From: Archangium sp.
Lineage (GTDB): Bacteria; Myxococcota; Myxococcia; Myxococcales; Myxococcaceae
Direction: 5' to 3'
NCBI GenBank assembly: GCA_031367385.1
Contig: JANLPS010000090.1
Span: 1-64,000, forward strand
Length of the DNA: 64,000 nt
Shown here: one piece after another, positions 31,269 to 44,491 of the stretch
How the letters are laid out: the number at the start of each line of letters is the position of its first letter
Position numbering within the stretch: the first letter of the stretch is position 1
Made by a program: the position numbers and the translations under genes
Notes under the pieces: model-generated
The model's input: only the letters and a program-made list of their open reading frames with translations
What the model was told of the DNA's origin: nothing
The model's database searches: none

Positions 31269-32602
31269 GCGTGCTCACCGAAAAGGTCATCACCCGCGAT
31301 TGGGAGCGCGCCGGGCAGAACACCCTCGCCGGGTACAAGGCCAGCGGCGGCTACGCCCAGGCCCGCAAGGCGTTGGCGATGGCTCCGGCTGAGATCACCG
31401 ACGTGGTCAAGAAGTCGGGGCTGCGCGGCCGCGGGGGCGCAGGCTTCCCCACGGGGCTCAAGTGGTCGTTCGTGCCGTCGCTCGAGAAGAACACCAAGCC
31501 CCGCTACCTCGCCATCAACGCCGACGAGTCTGAGCCGGGCACCGCGAAAGACCGCTTCATTCTCGAGAACGACCCGCACCTGCTGCTCGAGGGCATCGCG
31601 ATCGCCTGCTACGCCCTGGGCGCGCACACGTGCTACATCTACTCGCGCGGCGAGTTCAAATACCCGAGCAGCGTGCTCGAAAAAGCCATCGAAGACGCCT
31701 ACGCCGACGGGGTCTTCGGCAAGACCACCCTGGGCAAAGACTTCGAATTGAACGTCTACCAGGTGCGCGGCGCCGGGGCGTACATCTGCGGCGAAGAAAC
31801 CGCCTTGCTCGAGTCGCTCGAGGGCAAAAAAGGCTGGCCTCGCCTCAAGCCCCCGTTTCCCGCCGTCGTCGGCCTGTTCGGCTGCCCCACGGTGGTGAAC
31901 AACGTCGAGACCATCGCCTCGCTGCCTCGCATCTTCGAAAAAGGCGCAGAGTGGTTCATGAAGTTGGGCATGGGCAAGTCGGGCGGCACCCGCTTGGTCA
32001 CGCTCTCAGGCTCGGTGATTCGCCCCGGCACCTACGAAGTCGCGATGGAGACCTCGCTGCGAGAGCTCATCTTCGACCAGGCCTACGGCCAGGGGTTGCC
32101 CGAGGGTCGCTCGGTGAAGGCCGTCATCCCCGGGGGGAGCTCGGCGCCGGTGCTCACCGAGGCCGAAATCGACGTGAAGCTCGAGTTCGACGCCTTCAAG
32201 CCGCTGCAGTCGATGGCCGGCTCGGGCGGCATCATGGTGATGGACGACAAGACCTGCCTGGTGCGCTCGCTGTGGCGCATCATTCGGTTCTACGCCGAAG
32301 AGTCGTGCGGCCAGTGCACGCCCTGCCGCGAAGGCCAACCGTGGATGACGCGGCTCCTGCGCAAAATCGAAGAAGGCCGCGGTGAGATGGCCGACCTGGA
32401 GCAGCTGATGAACGTGGCGGTGTCGATTGCGCCGTGGCCTCCGATGGGCCTGGGCACGACCATCTGCGCGTTGGGCGACTCGGGCGCGCTGCCGGTGCAG
32501 AGCTTCGTGCAGAAGTTTCGCAAAGAGTTCGAAGACCACATCACTCAGAAGCGGTGCACGTTCGGTGACCGGCCCTGGGGCGCTTTCGGTGACTTTCAGT
32601 GA
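31265..32602 (+). CDS. nuoF: NADH-quinone oxidoreductase subunit F
   Basis: SGLRGRGGAGFPTGLKW, GAGAYICGEETAL, ESCGQCTPCREG. Confidence 0.97.
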   Translation: MSVLTEKVITRDWERAGQNTLAGYKASGGYAQARKALAMAPAEITDVVKKSGLRGRGGAGFPTGLKWSFVPSLEKNTKPRYLAINADESEPGTAKDRFILENDPHLLLEGIAIACYALGAHTCYIYSRGEFKYPSSVLEKAIEDAYADGVFGKTTLGKDFELNVYQVRGAGAYICGEETALLESLEGKKGWPRLKPPFPAVVGLFGCPTVVNNVETIASLPRIFEKGAEWFMKLGMGKSGGTRLVTLSGSVIRPGTYEVAMETSLRELIFDQAYGQGLPEGRSVKAVIPGGSSAPVLTEAEIDVKLEFDAFKPLQSMAGSGGIMVMDDKTCLVRSLWRIIRFYAEESCGQCTPCREGQPWMTRLLRKIEEGRGEMADLEQLMNVAVSIAPWPPMGLGTTICALGDSGALPVQSFVQKFRKEFEDHITQKRCTFGDRPWGAFGDFQ

Positions 32603-33108
32603 TTGAACAGGTGCTCTTCTATTTGTTCGCGGTCGGCATCGTGACCACCTCGCTGGGGGTCATCGTGCTGCGCAACCCGGTGGCGAGCGCGATGTCGCTG
32701 GTGGCCTGCTTCTTCTTCTTGGCCGGCACCTATGTGCTGCTGTGGGCACACACCATCGCGGTGCTGCAGATTCTCGTCTACGCCGGCGCGATCATGGTGC
32801 TGTTCTTGTTCGTGATCATGCTGCTCTCGCTCACCGACACCGGGCCGATCGCGCGTGTCACCTTCTCGCGGGTCTTGGGCGTCGCGGGCGTGCTCGGCAT
32901 GTTCGCGATTCTCACCGTCGCGTTCTTGAAGCTGCCGGTCTCGACCAGCACGTGGACGAATGACATGGGCCAGGTCGCGCAGTTCGGCACCATCAAGTAC
33001 CTGGGCGGCGTGATGTACACGCAGTGGCTCTTACCGTTCGAGTCGGTCTCGCTGCTGTTGCTGGTCGCCATCGTCGGCGCGGTCGTCGTCGCGAAGTCGC
33101 GCATCTAA
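32599..33108 (+). CDS. nuoJ: NADH-quinone oxidoreductase subunit J
   Basis: QILVYAGAIMVLFLFVIMLL, LPFE. Confidence 0.96.
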   Translation: MIEQVLFYLFAVGIVTTSLGVIVLRNPVASAMSLVACFFFLAGTYVLLWAHTIAVLQILVYAGAIMVLFLFVIMLLSLTDTGPIARVTFSRVLGVAGVLGMFAILTVAFLKLPVSTSTWTNDMGQVAQFGTIKYLGGVMYTQWLLPFESVSLLLLVAIVGAVVVAKSRI

Positions 33109-33128
33109 GTCTGCCTCAGGGGTTCGCC

Positions 33129-33434
33129 ATGGCCGTGCCTACAGCCCATTTTCTGATTCTGGCCGCAGCGCTGTTCTGCATCGGCATGATCGGCGTGCTC
33201 ATTCGGCGCAACGCGCTGATTGTCTTCATGTGCATCGAGCTGATGCTCAACGCCGCCAACCTGACCTTCTTGGCCTTCGCGCGAGAGACCGGCGACTCGC
33301 TGGGCCACATGAGCGCCTTCTTCATCATCGCCGTCGCCGCCGCCGAGGCCGCGGTGGGCTTGGCGATCGTCATCTCCGTGTTCAGAGCTCGCGGCACGGT
33401 CAACATCGAAGAAATTCAGTCGATGAAGCACTGA
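33129..33434 (+). CDS. nuoK: NADH-quinone oxidoreductase subunit K
   Basis: RRN...FMCIELMLNA, VAAAEAAVGLA. Confidence 0.96.
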   Translation: MAVPTAHFLILAAALFCIGMIGVLIRRNALIVFMCIELMLNAANLTFLAFARETGDSLGHMSAFFIIAVAAAEAAVGLAIVISVFRARGTVNIEEIQSMKH

Positions 33435-33450
33435 CCCGGACATCACCGAC

Positions 33451-35606
<2,156 letters not shown>

Positions 35607-35610
<4 letters not shown>

Positions 35611-37343
35611 GCTCGGTGTTCGATTCGCGCATTCTGAACCTGGTCATCTTCGTGCCGGTGCTGTTCGCCGCGCTGGTGGCCTTTCTGCCCAAGAGTGAGA
35701 AGACCCAGATTCGCGGCATCACCTTCGTGGGCATGCTGGTGAACCTGGCGACCTGCGTCTGGGCATGGCTGCGGTTCGTGCCGGGAGACCCGTACGAGTT
35801 TCAGCTCGAGTACCGCATGTCGTGGATCGCGGACATCGGCCTCGGCTACCACATCGGCGTCGACGGCCTGGCGATGACCCTGGTGATGTTGACCGGCGTG
35901 TTGGGCCCGCTGGTGGTGCTGGCCTCGTGGTCGTCAATTGACGAACGGGTCAAAGAATTTCACGTGGCCCTGCTGCTCTTGCAGACCGCCATGTTGGGCG
36001 CGATTTGCAGCATCGACCTGCTGCTCTTCTACGTGTTCTTCGAGGCGATGTTGGTACCGATGTATCTGCTCATCGGCGTGTGGGGCTCGACCGAGCGCCA
36101 GGCCGCGGCGATGAAGTTCTTTTTGTACACGTTGGTCGGTTCGCTGCTGATGCTGATCGCGATTCTGGCGGTGTACTTCTTGGCCGGCCAGGGCGGCGCG
36201 CGCAGCTTCGATTACGCGAGCATCTACAACGGCATGCTGGGTGCGAATCACGAGATTGCCCAGTGCCTCGCGGCGAAGACCTGCGACACCGGCATCTTCT
36301 CGGGCTCGTTTCACAACGAGCAGCTGAGCCCGATGGCGGTGGCCCTGCTGCGCTACGGCCCGTGGATGTTCTTCGCCTTCGCGTTGGCCTTTGCGATCAA
36401 GGTGCCGATGTTCCCCGTGCACACCTGGTTGCCGCTGGCGCACGTGCAGGCCCCGGTGGCGGGCTCGATGATTCTGGCCGCGGTGATGCTCAAGATGGGT
36501 ACTTTTGGCTTCTGGCGCTTCGCGGTGCCGTTCTTCCCCGCGATGGCGCGCATGTACCAGCCGCTCATCGCCACGCTGGCGGTCATCGGCATCGTCTACG
36601 GCGCGTTCATGTGCCTGGCGCAGACCGACATCAAGAAGCTCATCGCGTACTCGTCAGTGTCGCACTTGGGCTACTGCATGCTCGGCATGTTCGCCTTCAC
36701 CGGCGAAGGCGCGACGGGCTCGGCGTACCAGATGCTCAACCACGGCGTCTCGACCGGAGCGCTCTTCATGCTCTTCGGCTTCTTGTACGAGCGCCGCCAC
36801 GACCGCCTGATGAGCAGCTTCGGAGGCATCGCCAAAGTGATGCCGGTGTTCACCGCCTTCTTCGTCATCGTGACCTTCTCGAGCATCGCGGTGCCAGGCA
36901 CGAACGGGTTCATCGGTGAGTTCTTGGTGCTGCTGGGCAGCTTCAAGTCGAACCTGCCGCTCGCCTTGAGCATCGCCGCCACCACCGCCGTCGTCTTGGG
37001 CGCCGCCTACATGTTGTGGATGGTGCAGAAGGTCTTCTTCGGCCAGCTCACCCACGAAGCGAACCGCTCACTCAAAGACCTCGGCCGCCGCGAGGTGTTC
37101 GCCACGCTGCCCTTCTTGGCGCTGATTCTGGTGATGGGCCTCAAGCCCCAGTTCATTCTCGACGTGCTCAACCCCTCGAGTCAGAAGTACATCGCGCGCG
37201 CGGCCTATGGCGCTGACGCTGACACCTCGAAGGTTCACATCACCGTTCGCACCTTGGGCCCGGCCGTCGCCGAAGCCGCCCAGCCCCATCTCTTGGTGCC
37301 CGGCGCGATTGCGTTTCCGTCTCTTCAGGCTCGTGACAGGTGA
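35607..37343 (+). CDS. nuoM: NADH-quinone oxidoreductase subunit M
   Basis: FAIKVPMFPVHTWLPLAHVQAP, KKLIAYSSVSH, PGTNGFIGE. Confidence 0.97.
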
Positions 37344-38938
37344 TTACCGTGCTGAACACTCCCCATTTCACGCTCGATGAATTCATGGCGGTGGTGCCCG
37401 CGGCCATCTTCGCCGCCGGCGCGATTGCGCTGATGTTGTCAGAGGTGTTCTTGAGCCACGTGGCCGCGACCGACGGCTCGGGTTCGGGCTCACGCACCTA
37501 CCAGGCCATCGTTGCGGTGTTGGTCTCGCTCGCCGCTGGGGGTGTCGCGCTGAACAACGCCTTCGAGCCCGCCCGCACCGTGCTGCAGGGCTTCGCCGTG
37601 CTCGACCCGTTCTCGAGCTTCATGACCGCGATGGTCGCGATGGGCACTGCCTTGGCTGCGCTGCTCTCTGCAGGGTTTTTGAAGCACCGCAACGCCGAGC
37701 GTGGCGAGTTCTACGCGCTGATGCTCTTCGCCGCCGCGGGCATGAGCCTGCTCGCGCTCTCGAACGAGTTCATCACCCTGTTCATCAACTTGGAGATCAT
37801 GTCGGTCGCCACCTACGCGCTCACCGCGTACCTGCGCCGCGGCCCGCGCCCGTCAGAGGCCGGCTTCAAGTACTTCATCTTGGGTGCTTTCTCGGCTGCC
37901 CTGCTGCTCTACGGCGCCGCGCTGCTCTACGGAGCGACCGGCAGCACCAACCTCACCGCCATCGCCCGTGCGCTGCCCGACGCGTTGGCCCACAAGCAGA
38001 TGCTGGTGTACGCCGGCTTCGGCCTGGTGCTGGCGGGCTTCGCGTTCAAGGTCGCCGCCGTCCCCTTCCACATGTGGACGCCCGATGTGTACGAGGGTGC
38101 CCCGACTCCGGTGACCGCGTTGATGTCGGCCGGCGTGAAGGCCGCGGCGTTCATCGCGATGATTCGGGTGTTTTTGTCACTCGTCTCGAAGGTCGACTCG
38201 AGCATTCCCTTCATCTTGTTCAGCGCGCTGGCGTTGCTGACCATGGTCGGCGGCAACCTGCTCGCCCTGCCGCAGCGCAACGTGAAGCGCATGCTGGCCT
38301 ATTCGTCGATCGCCCATGCCGGGTACCTGTTGCTTGGCGTGGCGGCGTTGTTCGCGCCGAAGAGCTCGGCGACGGGCGCGGCGGTTGGTGTGCTGAGCGC
38401 GTCACCGCTGTTGCCGGTCGGGTTCGCGATTGCCCCGGCGGTGTACAAGGGCGTGCTGTTCTACCTGTTGGGCTACACGGTCACGGCGATTGGCGCGTTC
38501 GGGGTACTGGCTGCGCTCGAGCGGCGTGAAGACGAGGCCCGCGAGAATACCTGGAGCCTCGACAAGCTCTCAGGCCTGGCGCAGCGAAGGCCCGGGTGGG
38601 CGATTGCCATGGCGGCGTTCATGCTGTCGCTCGGCGGAGTGCCCCCCACGGCAGGCTTCTTGGGCAAGGTGTACCTGTTCGGAGCGGCCGTCGACGCTGG
38701 CCTGTTGGGCCTCGCGGTGGTCGGCATTCTCTCGAGCGTGGCGGGCGCGTACTACTACCTGCGGGTGGTGGTTTACATGTTCATGCGGCCTGCCGCGGCT
38801 GACGCGACCCTGCCCGTGAAACACTGGACGACCGAAGTCGCGCTGGTGTTCTCGGCGCTCGCGGTGGTCGGCCTGGGCTTGATGCCGGGCCCGATTACGG
38901 CCTGGTTGTCGCGCGCCGGCATGGTCTTCGGCGGGTAA
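37340..38938 (+). CDS. nuoN: NADH-quinone oxidoreductase subunit N
   Basis: EAGFKYF, FKVAAVPFHMWTPDVYEGAP, KRMLAYSSIAH. Confidence 0.97.
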   Translation: MITVLNTPHFTLDEFMAVVPAAIFAAGAIALMLSEVFLSHVAATDGSGSGSRTYQAIVAVLVSLAAGGVALNNAFEPARTVLQGFAVLDPFSSFMTAMVAMGTALAALLSAGFLKHRNAERGEFYALMLFAAAGMSLLALSNEFITLFINLEIMSVATYALTAYLRRGPRPSEAGFKYFILGAFSAALLLYGAALLYGATGSTNLTAIARALPDALAHKQMLVYAGFGLVLAGFAFKVAAVPFHMWTPDVYEGAPTPVTALMSAGVKAAAFIAMIRVFLSLVSKVDSSIPFILFSALALLTMVGGNLLALPQRNVKRMLAYSSIAHAGYLLLGVAALFAPKSSATGAAVGVLSASPLLPVGFAIAPAVYKGVLFYLLGYTVTAIGAFGVLAALERREDEARENTWSLDKLSGLAQRRPGWAIAMAAFMLSLGGVPPTAGFLGKVYLFGAAVDAGLLGLAVVGILSSVAGAYYYLRVVVYMFMRPAAADATLPVKHWTTEVALVFSALAVVGLGLMPGPITAWLSRAGMVFGG

Positions 38939-38940
38939 GC

Positions 38941-39297
38941 GTGGTCGCTCGCTTCGTCACCGCCGCCGCCCACCAGAAGAACGTGGCGGCGCATGCGGCG
39001 ATGGTGCCGAAAATCGTCAAGCAGCTGCGGGCTCAGAAGATTGGGGCCCGTGCCTCACGGTCGCTCGAGCTGTTCTTCGCGACCAACTCGCTCGCCAAGG
39101 CCAAAGCGCTGGTCGAGATGCTCGAGGTGCACGAGTACGCGGTGGTGCTGGTGCGTGATGGGGCGAAGTTCATGGTGACGGGCGTGACTCCGCCGATACC
39201 GATGTCGCTGATTGCGTTGCGCGACTGGTCGGCTGACATGGTCGCGCTGGGGTACGAGTTCGATTCACTCTTCGACGGGTGGATGCTGCATGTCTGA
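38941..39297 (+). CDS. RraB-like (regulator of ribonuclease activity B domain) protein
   Basis: R.LE.FF pattern and C-terminal ..FDGW. Confidence 0.6.
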   Translation: MVARFVTAAAHQKNVAAHAAMVPKIVKQLRAQKIGARASRSLELFFATNSLAKAKALVEMLEVHEYAVVLVRDGAKFMVTGVTPPIPMSLIALRDWSADMVALGYEFDSLFDGWMLHV

Positions 39298-39883
39298 TCT
39301 GCTGATTTACGCCGTGCACGCCCTGTTCTGGGCCTCGTTCGGCGTGACGCGAATGGTGGTGCGCCCCAAAGCCGGGCCGGTCGCGGGCGCCCCTGAGGTC
39401 ACTGCCGAGAAGCCAGCGACTGCGCCGTTCTCGCGAGGCCTGCTGGCGCTGCACACCGTGGCCTTCGGCGTGATGTACATGGGCATCGGCCAGACGGTGG
39501 TACCGAACCGGGTGCCGGAGTGGTTCGCAGGCCAACGCATCGTCGGCACGGCGATCATCGCGCTCGGTGCGTTCTTCATGAGCTGGTCGCTGGCTTACTT
39601 TCAGTCATGGCGATTTCGGGCCCAGCTCGACGCAGGCCATCAGCTCGCCACCGGAGGACCCTTTCGCTGGGTGCGCCACCCGATTTACTTGGGCCTCACG
39701 TTGTTGGCGTTGGGCTCGGCGGTGTGGGTACCGACCGCGTTCACCTGGGTGGGCTTCGTGTTGATGTTCATCGGCAGCGACCTGCGCGGCAGAGCCGAAG
39801 AGAAGTTGCTCGAGGCCCGCTTCGGCGAGGCGTACCGGGCGTACACGGCGAAGACCAAGCGGTTCGTCCCCGGCGTGTACTGA
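39290..39883 (+). CDS. Isoprenylcysteine carboxyl methyltransferase/PEMT family membrane protein
   Basis: HQLATGGPFRWVRHPIY, EEKLL..RFG..Y..Y...KRFVP. Confidence 0.88.
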   Translation: MSDLLIYAVHALFWASFGVTRMVVRPKAGPVAGAPEVTAEKPATAPFSRGLLALHTVAFGVMYMGIGQTVVPNRVPEWFAGQRIVGTAIIALGAFFMSWSLAYFQSWRFRAQLDAGHQLATGGPFRWVRHPIYLGLTLLALGSAVWVPTAFTWVGFVLMFIGSDLRGRAEEKLLEARFGEAYRAYTAKTKRFVPGVY

Positions 39884-39940
39884 AAGAGGCCAAGAGGTCA
39901 CGTGTCAGTGCCCGATGGTATGGGGCGGCCGGGGGTCACA

Positions 39941-41425
39941 ATGCGGGTTTTGTTGGCGGTGCTGGTGGTGAGTGGGGTGGGTGCCGCAGAGGCGGCGCCG
40001 CCCAGGTTCGAGGTGCTGCACCGAGCGTTGCCGAACCTGGTCTACGAGCTCGACTGCGTCAGCGGCGCGATTTCACAGTGCAGCCTCGAGGCGTACAAGC
40101 CGCTGTGGGAGTCGAAGTTTTTGAGCTCCCCAGAAGACCGCGCCGCCATCGAGGTGTGGAAGGCGATTCGGGCCAAGTACTCGCAGTCAGTCGAGCTGCC
40201 GCTGGGAGTGACCTTTCCCCTTGGTGAGCGGGGCAATTCGCTGTCGCTGTTCGCGAGCGCCCGCAAGGCGACCATGATGGCGACTTCGGTCGATGACCTG
40301 ATCAATCGGCTCGACGTGATGACGTTGCCGCACGACCGTGACGCCATGGCCGATGTGGTGCGTCGCTTCGAGCCGCGATTTCGGGTGTGGTGGGCCTCGC
40401 AGTCGAAGAGCGGTGATGCCTTCGCCGCCGACCTGAGCAAGTTGCTGATGCGGCTCGACGTGCGCGATCTGATTATGAAATTTCAGGCGTTCTACGAGGC
40501 GCCAAATCGCGGTGACCGGGCGCTGCCGTTTCTGGTGCTCGACCGGCCCGCGGCCGATGCGCACGTGCACACCTTCGGTGAGCAGGTCGACGGGGTGTCG
40601 CTCATCGAAGTGCCCCCGGGAGACAAGGCCACCAACCGCCTCGACGTCGTGGTGCACGAGCTGTGTCACTATTTCTACTTCACCGCCCGCCCCGAGAGCA
40701 TCGCGGCGTTTCAAGCAGCCATTCTCGCCTCGAAGGTCCCTGGCGCGATCGGGGCCTACCGGCTCTTCGACGAAGCCATGGCGACGGCGCTCGGCAATGG
40801 GTTGGTCGGGTACGCGGCCGATCGCGAAAACTCGGCACGTCGGCTGGCGCGGGTGCAGGGGTTCTACAACGACCCCGACATCGACCGGGCCGCCAAGGCC
40901 CTCTACGCCTGGGTGCGCGTGGGCTCGTTCAACGCCCGAATCAGCGACCCCACATTTGCCGCCGGGTACCTCGAGGTGCTCAGCAAGGAGTACGGCGAGT
41001 CGCTGGCCGCGCCGAGGCTGTCGATGTTCACGCTGCTGATGTTCGTTGATCAACGGCTCACGCTCGACGTCGACAGGGTGCTCAGCTCGAAATTTCACGT
41101 GAACAACAACTCGTCGCTGGTCGGGTTGCCCGAAGAGCCCGAGGTCGACCCCTGGTACGCGGCGGGGCATGGCACCGGCCTGTTCATCGTGCCCCCTGAG
41201 GGCCTGGGCGAGCTGGTGAAGAAGAAGCTCATCACCGGGGCTGATCAGAAGGCCCTGACCGAGGCGAAGGGGGGCGCGATGCTGGGCAAGCCCCGCGGCA
41301 CCGGGGAGTGGACGTACGTCATCGTCGCGGCAGATCAACCGGCGCTCGAGCGGTTGTTCGACCAGCTTGCTGCCGCCAAGGGCCCGCTCGAGGGCTTCGC
41401 AAAAGGGGCTTCAACCGCCCAATGA
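39941..41425 (+). CDS. Secreted protein with an HExxH zinc-metallopeptidase-like motif
   Basis: Signal peptide; VVHELCHY with a downstream DEAMA Glu. Confidence 0.7.
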   Translation: MRVLLAVLVVSGVGAAEAAPPRFEVLHRALPNLVYELDCVSGAISQCSLEAYKPLWESKFLSSPEDRAAIEVWKAIRAKYSQSVELPLGVTFPLGERGNSLSLFASARKATMMATSVDDLINRLDVMTLPHDRDAMADVVRRFEPRFRVWWASQSKSGDAFAADLSKLLMRLDVRDLIMKFQAFYEAPNRGDRALPFLVLDRPAADAHVHTFGEQVDGVSLIEVPPGDKATNRLDVVVHELCHYFYFTARPESIAAFQAAILASKVPGAIGAYRLFDEAMATALGNGLVGYAADRENSARRLARVQGFYNDPDIDRAAKALYAWVRVGSFNARISDPTFAAGYLEVLSKEYGESLAAPRLSMFTLLMFVDQRLTLDVDRVLSSKFHVNNNSSLVGLPEEPEVDPWYAAGHGTGLFIVPPEGLGELVKKKLITGADQKALTEAKGGAMLGKPRGTGEWTYVIVAADQPALERLFDQLAAAKGPLEGFAKGASTAQ

Positions 41426-41453
41426 AGGGGCGATTGGTCTATGAAAGCAGCCC

Positions 41454-42515
41454 ATGAAGCTCCGTGTGTTTTTGGCTTCGGCCATCGTCTCGATGTGGGC
41501 TGGCTGTCAGTGCGGCCCCGCCTCGCTGTGTGACTCGGTCAAATGCGGTTCGGGTCTGGTGTGCGTGCCTGCCACTGGCAAGTGCGCGGTCGCCGGCGCA
41601 GGGCAGACTGGCTCAGACGGCGGTGCCACGGGTGGGGGCATGGGGGGGGGCACCGGGTCGATGCAGCCGGGTGACGCTGGCCCGCAGTGCCCGGTCACCT
41701 GCGGCGTCGACGCGCCGGTCTGTGACCCCGTTGCCCAGAAGTGCGTCGTGTGCACCGCCACGGCGGGGTGCTCGGCGCCGACGGCGTTCTGCGACACGAA
41801 GGTCGCGCCCAGCGGTGCCTGCTACGGCTGCCGCACCTTTGCCGACTGCGAGGGCGAGCGGGTCGACTGCGATACCAGCACCCACACCTGCTACCGATAC
41901 GACGCCGGGTACGGCGGGGGCAGCGGTGGCAGCCCGGTGTCATTCGACGATGCGGGCCTGACCGCGCACTGCCAAGACGTGACCGGCAGTGCTCCCACGT
42001 GCAAGGGCGAGAGCTGCCCCAAAGGGTACGCCTGCGCCAACGGAGCCTGCGTGCTCAACGGGCGAAACGGCCCGGTGCAAGTGACCCTGCGGTGGGACCG
42101 TGACGAAGACCTCGACCTGTACCTGGTGGCGCCGAAGAAGGTCGGCGGCGGGCCGTGCGAGATTTATTACAGCCAACCGAACGCACCTCCGGTCACCATC
42201 GGTGGGTACACCTTTCCCACCGTCGGGTGCGGGGCGCAGGCGTACCTCGACCGCGACTCGAACCCGGCGTGCAAGATCGATCACGTCAACGTCGAGAACA
42301 TCGTCACGCCGACCGGCGAAGTGGCCCTCTCGGGCAAGTACACCGTGCGCGCCAACTACTACCAAAACTGCAGCGCCACCTCGCCCACGCCGTACGAGGT
42401 CGAGGTGCGGGCCAATGGGCAGACCCGCTACTACTGCGGCAAGTTCAACCCGAACGCGGCCAACGGCGGCAGTGCGGGCGCGGGCGTCGTCATCACCGAG
42501 TTCACGATTCAATAA
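41454..42515 (+). CDS. Cys-rich lipoprotein with a C-terminal YfaP/DUF2135-like domain
   Basis: Lipobox WAGC; VQVTLRW...DLDLY..P, LDRD.N, ENI, G.Y.V..NYY. Confidence 0.78.
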   Translation: MKLRVFLASAIVSMWAGCQCGPASLCDSVKCGSGLVCVPATGKCAVAGAGQTGSDGGATGGGMGGGTGSMQPGDAGPQCPVTCGVDAPVCDPVAQKCVVCTATAGCSAPTAFCDTKVAPSGACYGCRTFADCEGERVDCDTSTHTCYRYDAGYGGGSGGSPVSFDDAGLTAHCQDVTGSAPTCKGESCPKGYACANGACVLNGRNGPVQVTLRWDRDEDLDLYLVAPKKVGGGPCEIYYSQPNAPPVTIGGYTFPTVGCGAQAYLDRDSNPACKIDHVNVENIVTPTGEVALSGKYTVRANYYQNCSATSPTPYEVEVRANGQTRYYCGKFNPNAANGGSAGAGVVITEFTIQ

Positions 42516-42520
42516 CGACG

Positions 42521-43510
42521 ATGGAACGGACCGAACGTCTGCTCGATTTGGTCGCGCTCCTGCTCGACGCGAAGCTGCCGCTGACCTGGTCGGGCATCTA
42601 CGACTCGTTTCCAGACGACTATGGCGGCAGCACCGAGGCCGCTGAGCGCAAGTTCGAGCGCGACAAGGCCGAGCTGCTCGAGCTGGGCATCCCCATTGCG
42701 TTCGTGCAGGCCACCGATGATCACGAGGCGGGGTACGTCATCGACCGCGAGCAGTACTACCTGCCGCAGCCGGGCTTCACCCCTGAAGAGCTGGCCGTGC
42801 TCTACGCGGCGGGCTCGGCGTCGCTCGCGTCGGGCGCTTTCCCCGGCCGGCAAGACCTCGCGCATGCCTTGCGAAAAATTGGCTTCTTCAGCGAGGGGCC
42901 GCTGCCGGTGCCCAAAGTTCGGCTCGAGCTGGGCGCGCTGGCAGAGACCAAAGAATTGCCCGGCCGGCTCGAGCTGCTGTGGGCGGCGATCAACGCGCGC
43001 AAGGCGGTCGAGCTCGACTATTTTTCACCTCACTCACGGCAGCTGACCCACCGGCGCGTCGACCCGTACGGCCTGGCCCTGCGCCGAGGCCTGTGGAGCC
43101 TGGTCGGCTATTGCCACCTGCGCGCCTCGATTCGCACCTTTCATGTGCACCGGGTGCGCGCCCTCGCGGTCAACGCCAAGAGCCCCAAGAGCGTCGACTA
43201 TGAGGTGCCGGCGGGTTTCGCGCTGCATGACTACGTGGCGCACTGGCCGTGGCAGCACCGCTTTCACCCGCCGCTCGAGGTGCAGGTCGCGCTGACCGGC
43301 AGCCTGAACGCGCTCGCACGGCAGCTCTTCCCCGGTGAGCCGAGCGGCGAGGTGGTCACGGTGAAGGCCACCGATGTCGACGGGTTGCTCAAGTACGTCA
43401 TGTCACTCGGGCCCGAGGCGAGCGTGCGCGGGCCGCCAGAGGTGAAGGCCAAGCTCAAGGCGATGGCCAGGCGGGTGCTGGCCGCGCACCAACCCGTGGG
43501 GGCCCCGTGA
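42521..43510 (+). CDS. HTH-WYL transcriptional regulator (PafB-like)
   Basis: ERLLDL, RKFERDKAELLELG, RRVDPYGL...WSLVG...RTF..HRV. Confidence 0.9.
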   Translation: MERTERLLDLVALLLDAKLPLTWSGIYDSFPDDYGGSTEAAERKFERDKAELLELGIPIAFVQATDDHEAGYVIDREQYYLPQPGFTPEELAVLYAAGSASLASGAFPGRQDLAHALRKIGFFSEGPLPVPKVRLELGALAETKELPGRLELLWAAINARKAVELDYFSPHSRQLTHRRVDPYGLALRRGLWSLVGYCHLRASIRTFHVHRVRALAVNAKSPKSVDYEVPAGFALHDYVAHWPWQHRFHPPLEVQVALTGSLNALARQLFPGEPSGEVVTVKATDVDGLLKYVMSLGPEASVRGPPEVKAKLKAMARRVLAAHQPVGAP

Positions 43511-44457
43511 ACCCGACCACCGACAAGGGCCGACCCCTGGTCTACGAGCGGCTGCGCCGGCTGCTGTTTTTGGTGCCCTTCGTCTCGAAGAATCAGGGCC
43601 TCACCGTCGACGAAGTCGCCACCGCTGCGGGCCTGACGACCAGCGCGCTGCTCGAAGACCTCGAGCTGCTGACCTTGGTCGGGCGGCCTCCGTTTCAGCC
43701 CGATGACTTCGTCGACATCTACGTCGAAGACGACCGGGTCTACGTCGATTTAGATCAACGGTTGTCGGCGCCACCGCGGTTGACCGCGGCCGAAGGCGTG
43801 GCCCTCGCTGCGGCGGCTGAGCTGCTGCGACCGGCGGCGGGTGACGCCCTGGCCTCGGCGCTCCAGAAGCTCGAGCGGGTGCTGCCGGCGCAGGCGGTGC
43901 AGCAGTACCGGGCGATGAGCAAGCAGCTCGACGTAACGGTCGAGGGGCCGAAGGGCTTGTCGACGCTGGCGCAGGGCATCGTCGAGCATCGCGAGGTCGA
44001 GTTCGATTACCTCACCGCGAACCGGGCCCTTTCAGAGCGGCGCAGGGTGCAGCCGCACGAGCTCTTCAGCTTTCGCGGCCAGTGGTACCTGAGCGCTCAC
44101 GACACGGCGAGGGGCTCGGCGCGGTTGTTTCGCTTCGACCGGTTGTCGAATGCAGCGGTGACCGAGACCACGTTCACGCCGCCCGAGCATGCGAGCGAGG
44201 CGCGGTTGCCGACCAGCAGCCAGGCCGAGACGCTGGTGCGGGTGCGCTTCGAGGCGAGCGCGGCGCCGTATGTGACTGAGCACTTCGGTGACGAGGCCAA
44301 GCCCGTCGGTGAGGGCCGCGTCGAGGTGCAGGTGCCCGGCGATTCAGAGCGGTGGTTGATGCAGTGGGTGCTCTCGTTCGGCGGCGACGCGGTGGTCATC
44401 GAGCCCGAGTGGGCGCGTACCGCCGTCGCCAAGGCCGCCAGCGGGTGGCTCGGCTGA
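43507..44457 (+). CDS. HTH-WYL transcriptional regulator (PafC-like)
   Basis: RLRRLL.LVP, RLT..E, RRVQP..L....QWYL....RLFRFDR, WCX-like tail; GTGA overlap with the upstream gene. Confidence 0.9.
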   Translation: MNPTTDKGRPLVYERLRRLLFLVPFVSKNQGLTVDEVATAAGLTTSALLEDLELLTLVGRPPFQPDDFVDIYVEDDRVYVDLDQRLSAPPRLTAAEGVALAAAAELLRPAAGDALASALQKLERVLPAQAVQQYRAMSKQLDVTVEGPKGLSTLAQGIVEHREVEFDYLTANRALSERRRVQPHELFSFRGQWYLSAHDTARGSARLFRFDRLSNAAVTETTFTPPEHASEARLPTSSQAETLVRVRFEASAAPYVTEHFGDEAKPVGEGRVEVQVPGDSERWLMQWVLSFGGDAVVIEPEWARTAVAKAASGWLG

Positions 44458-44491
44458 TGGTCACCCGCGCGAAGGCACACCGAGAGGAGCG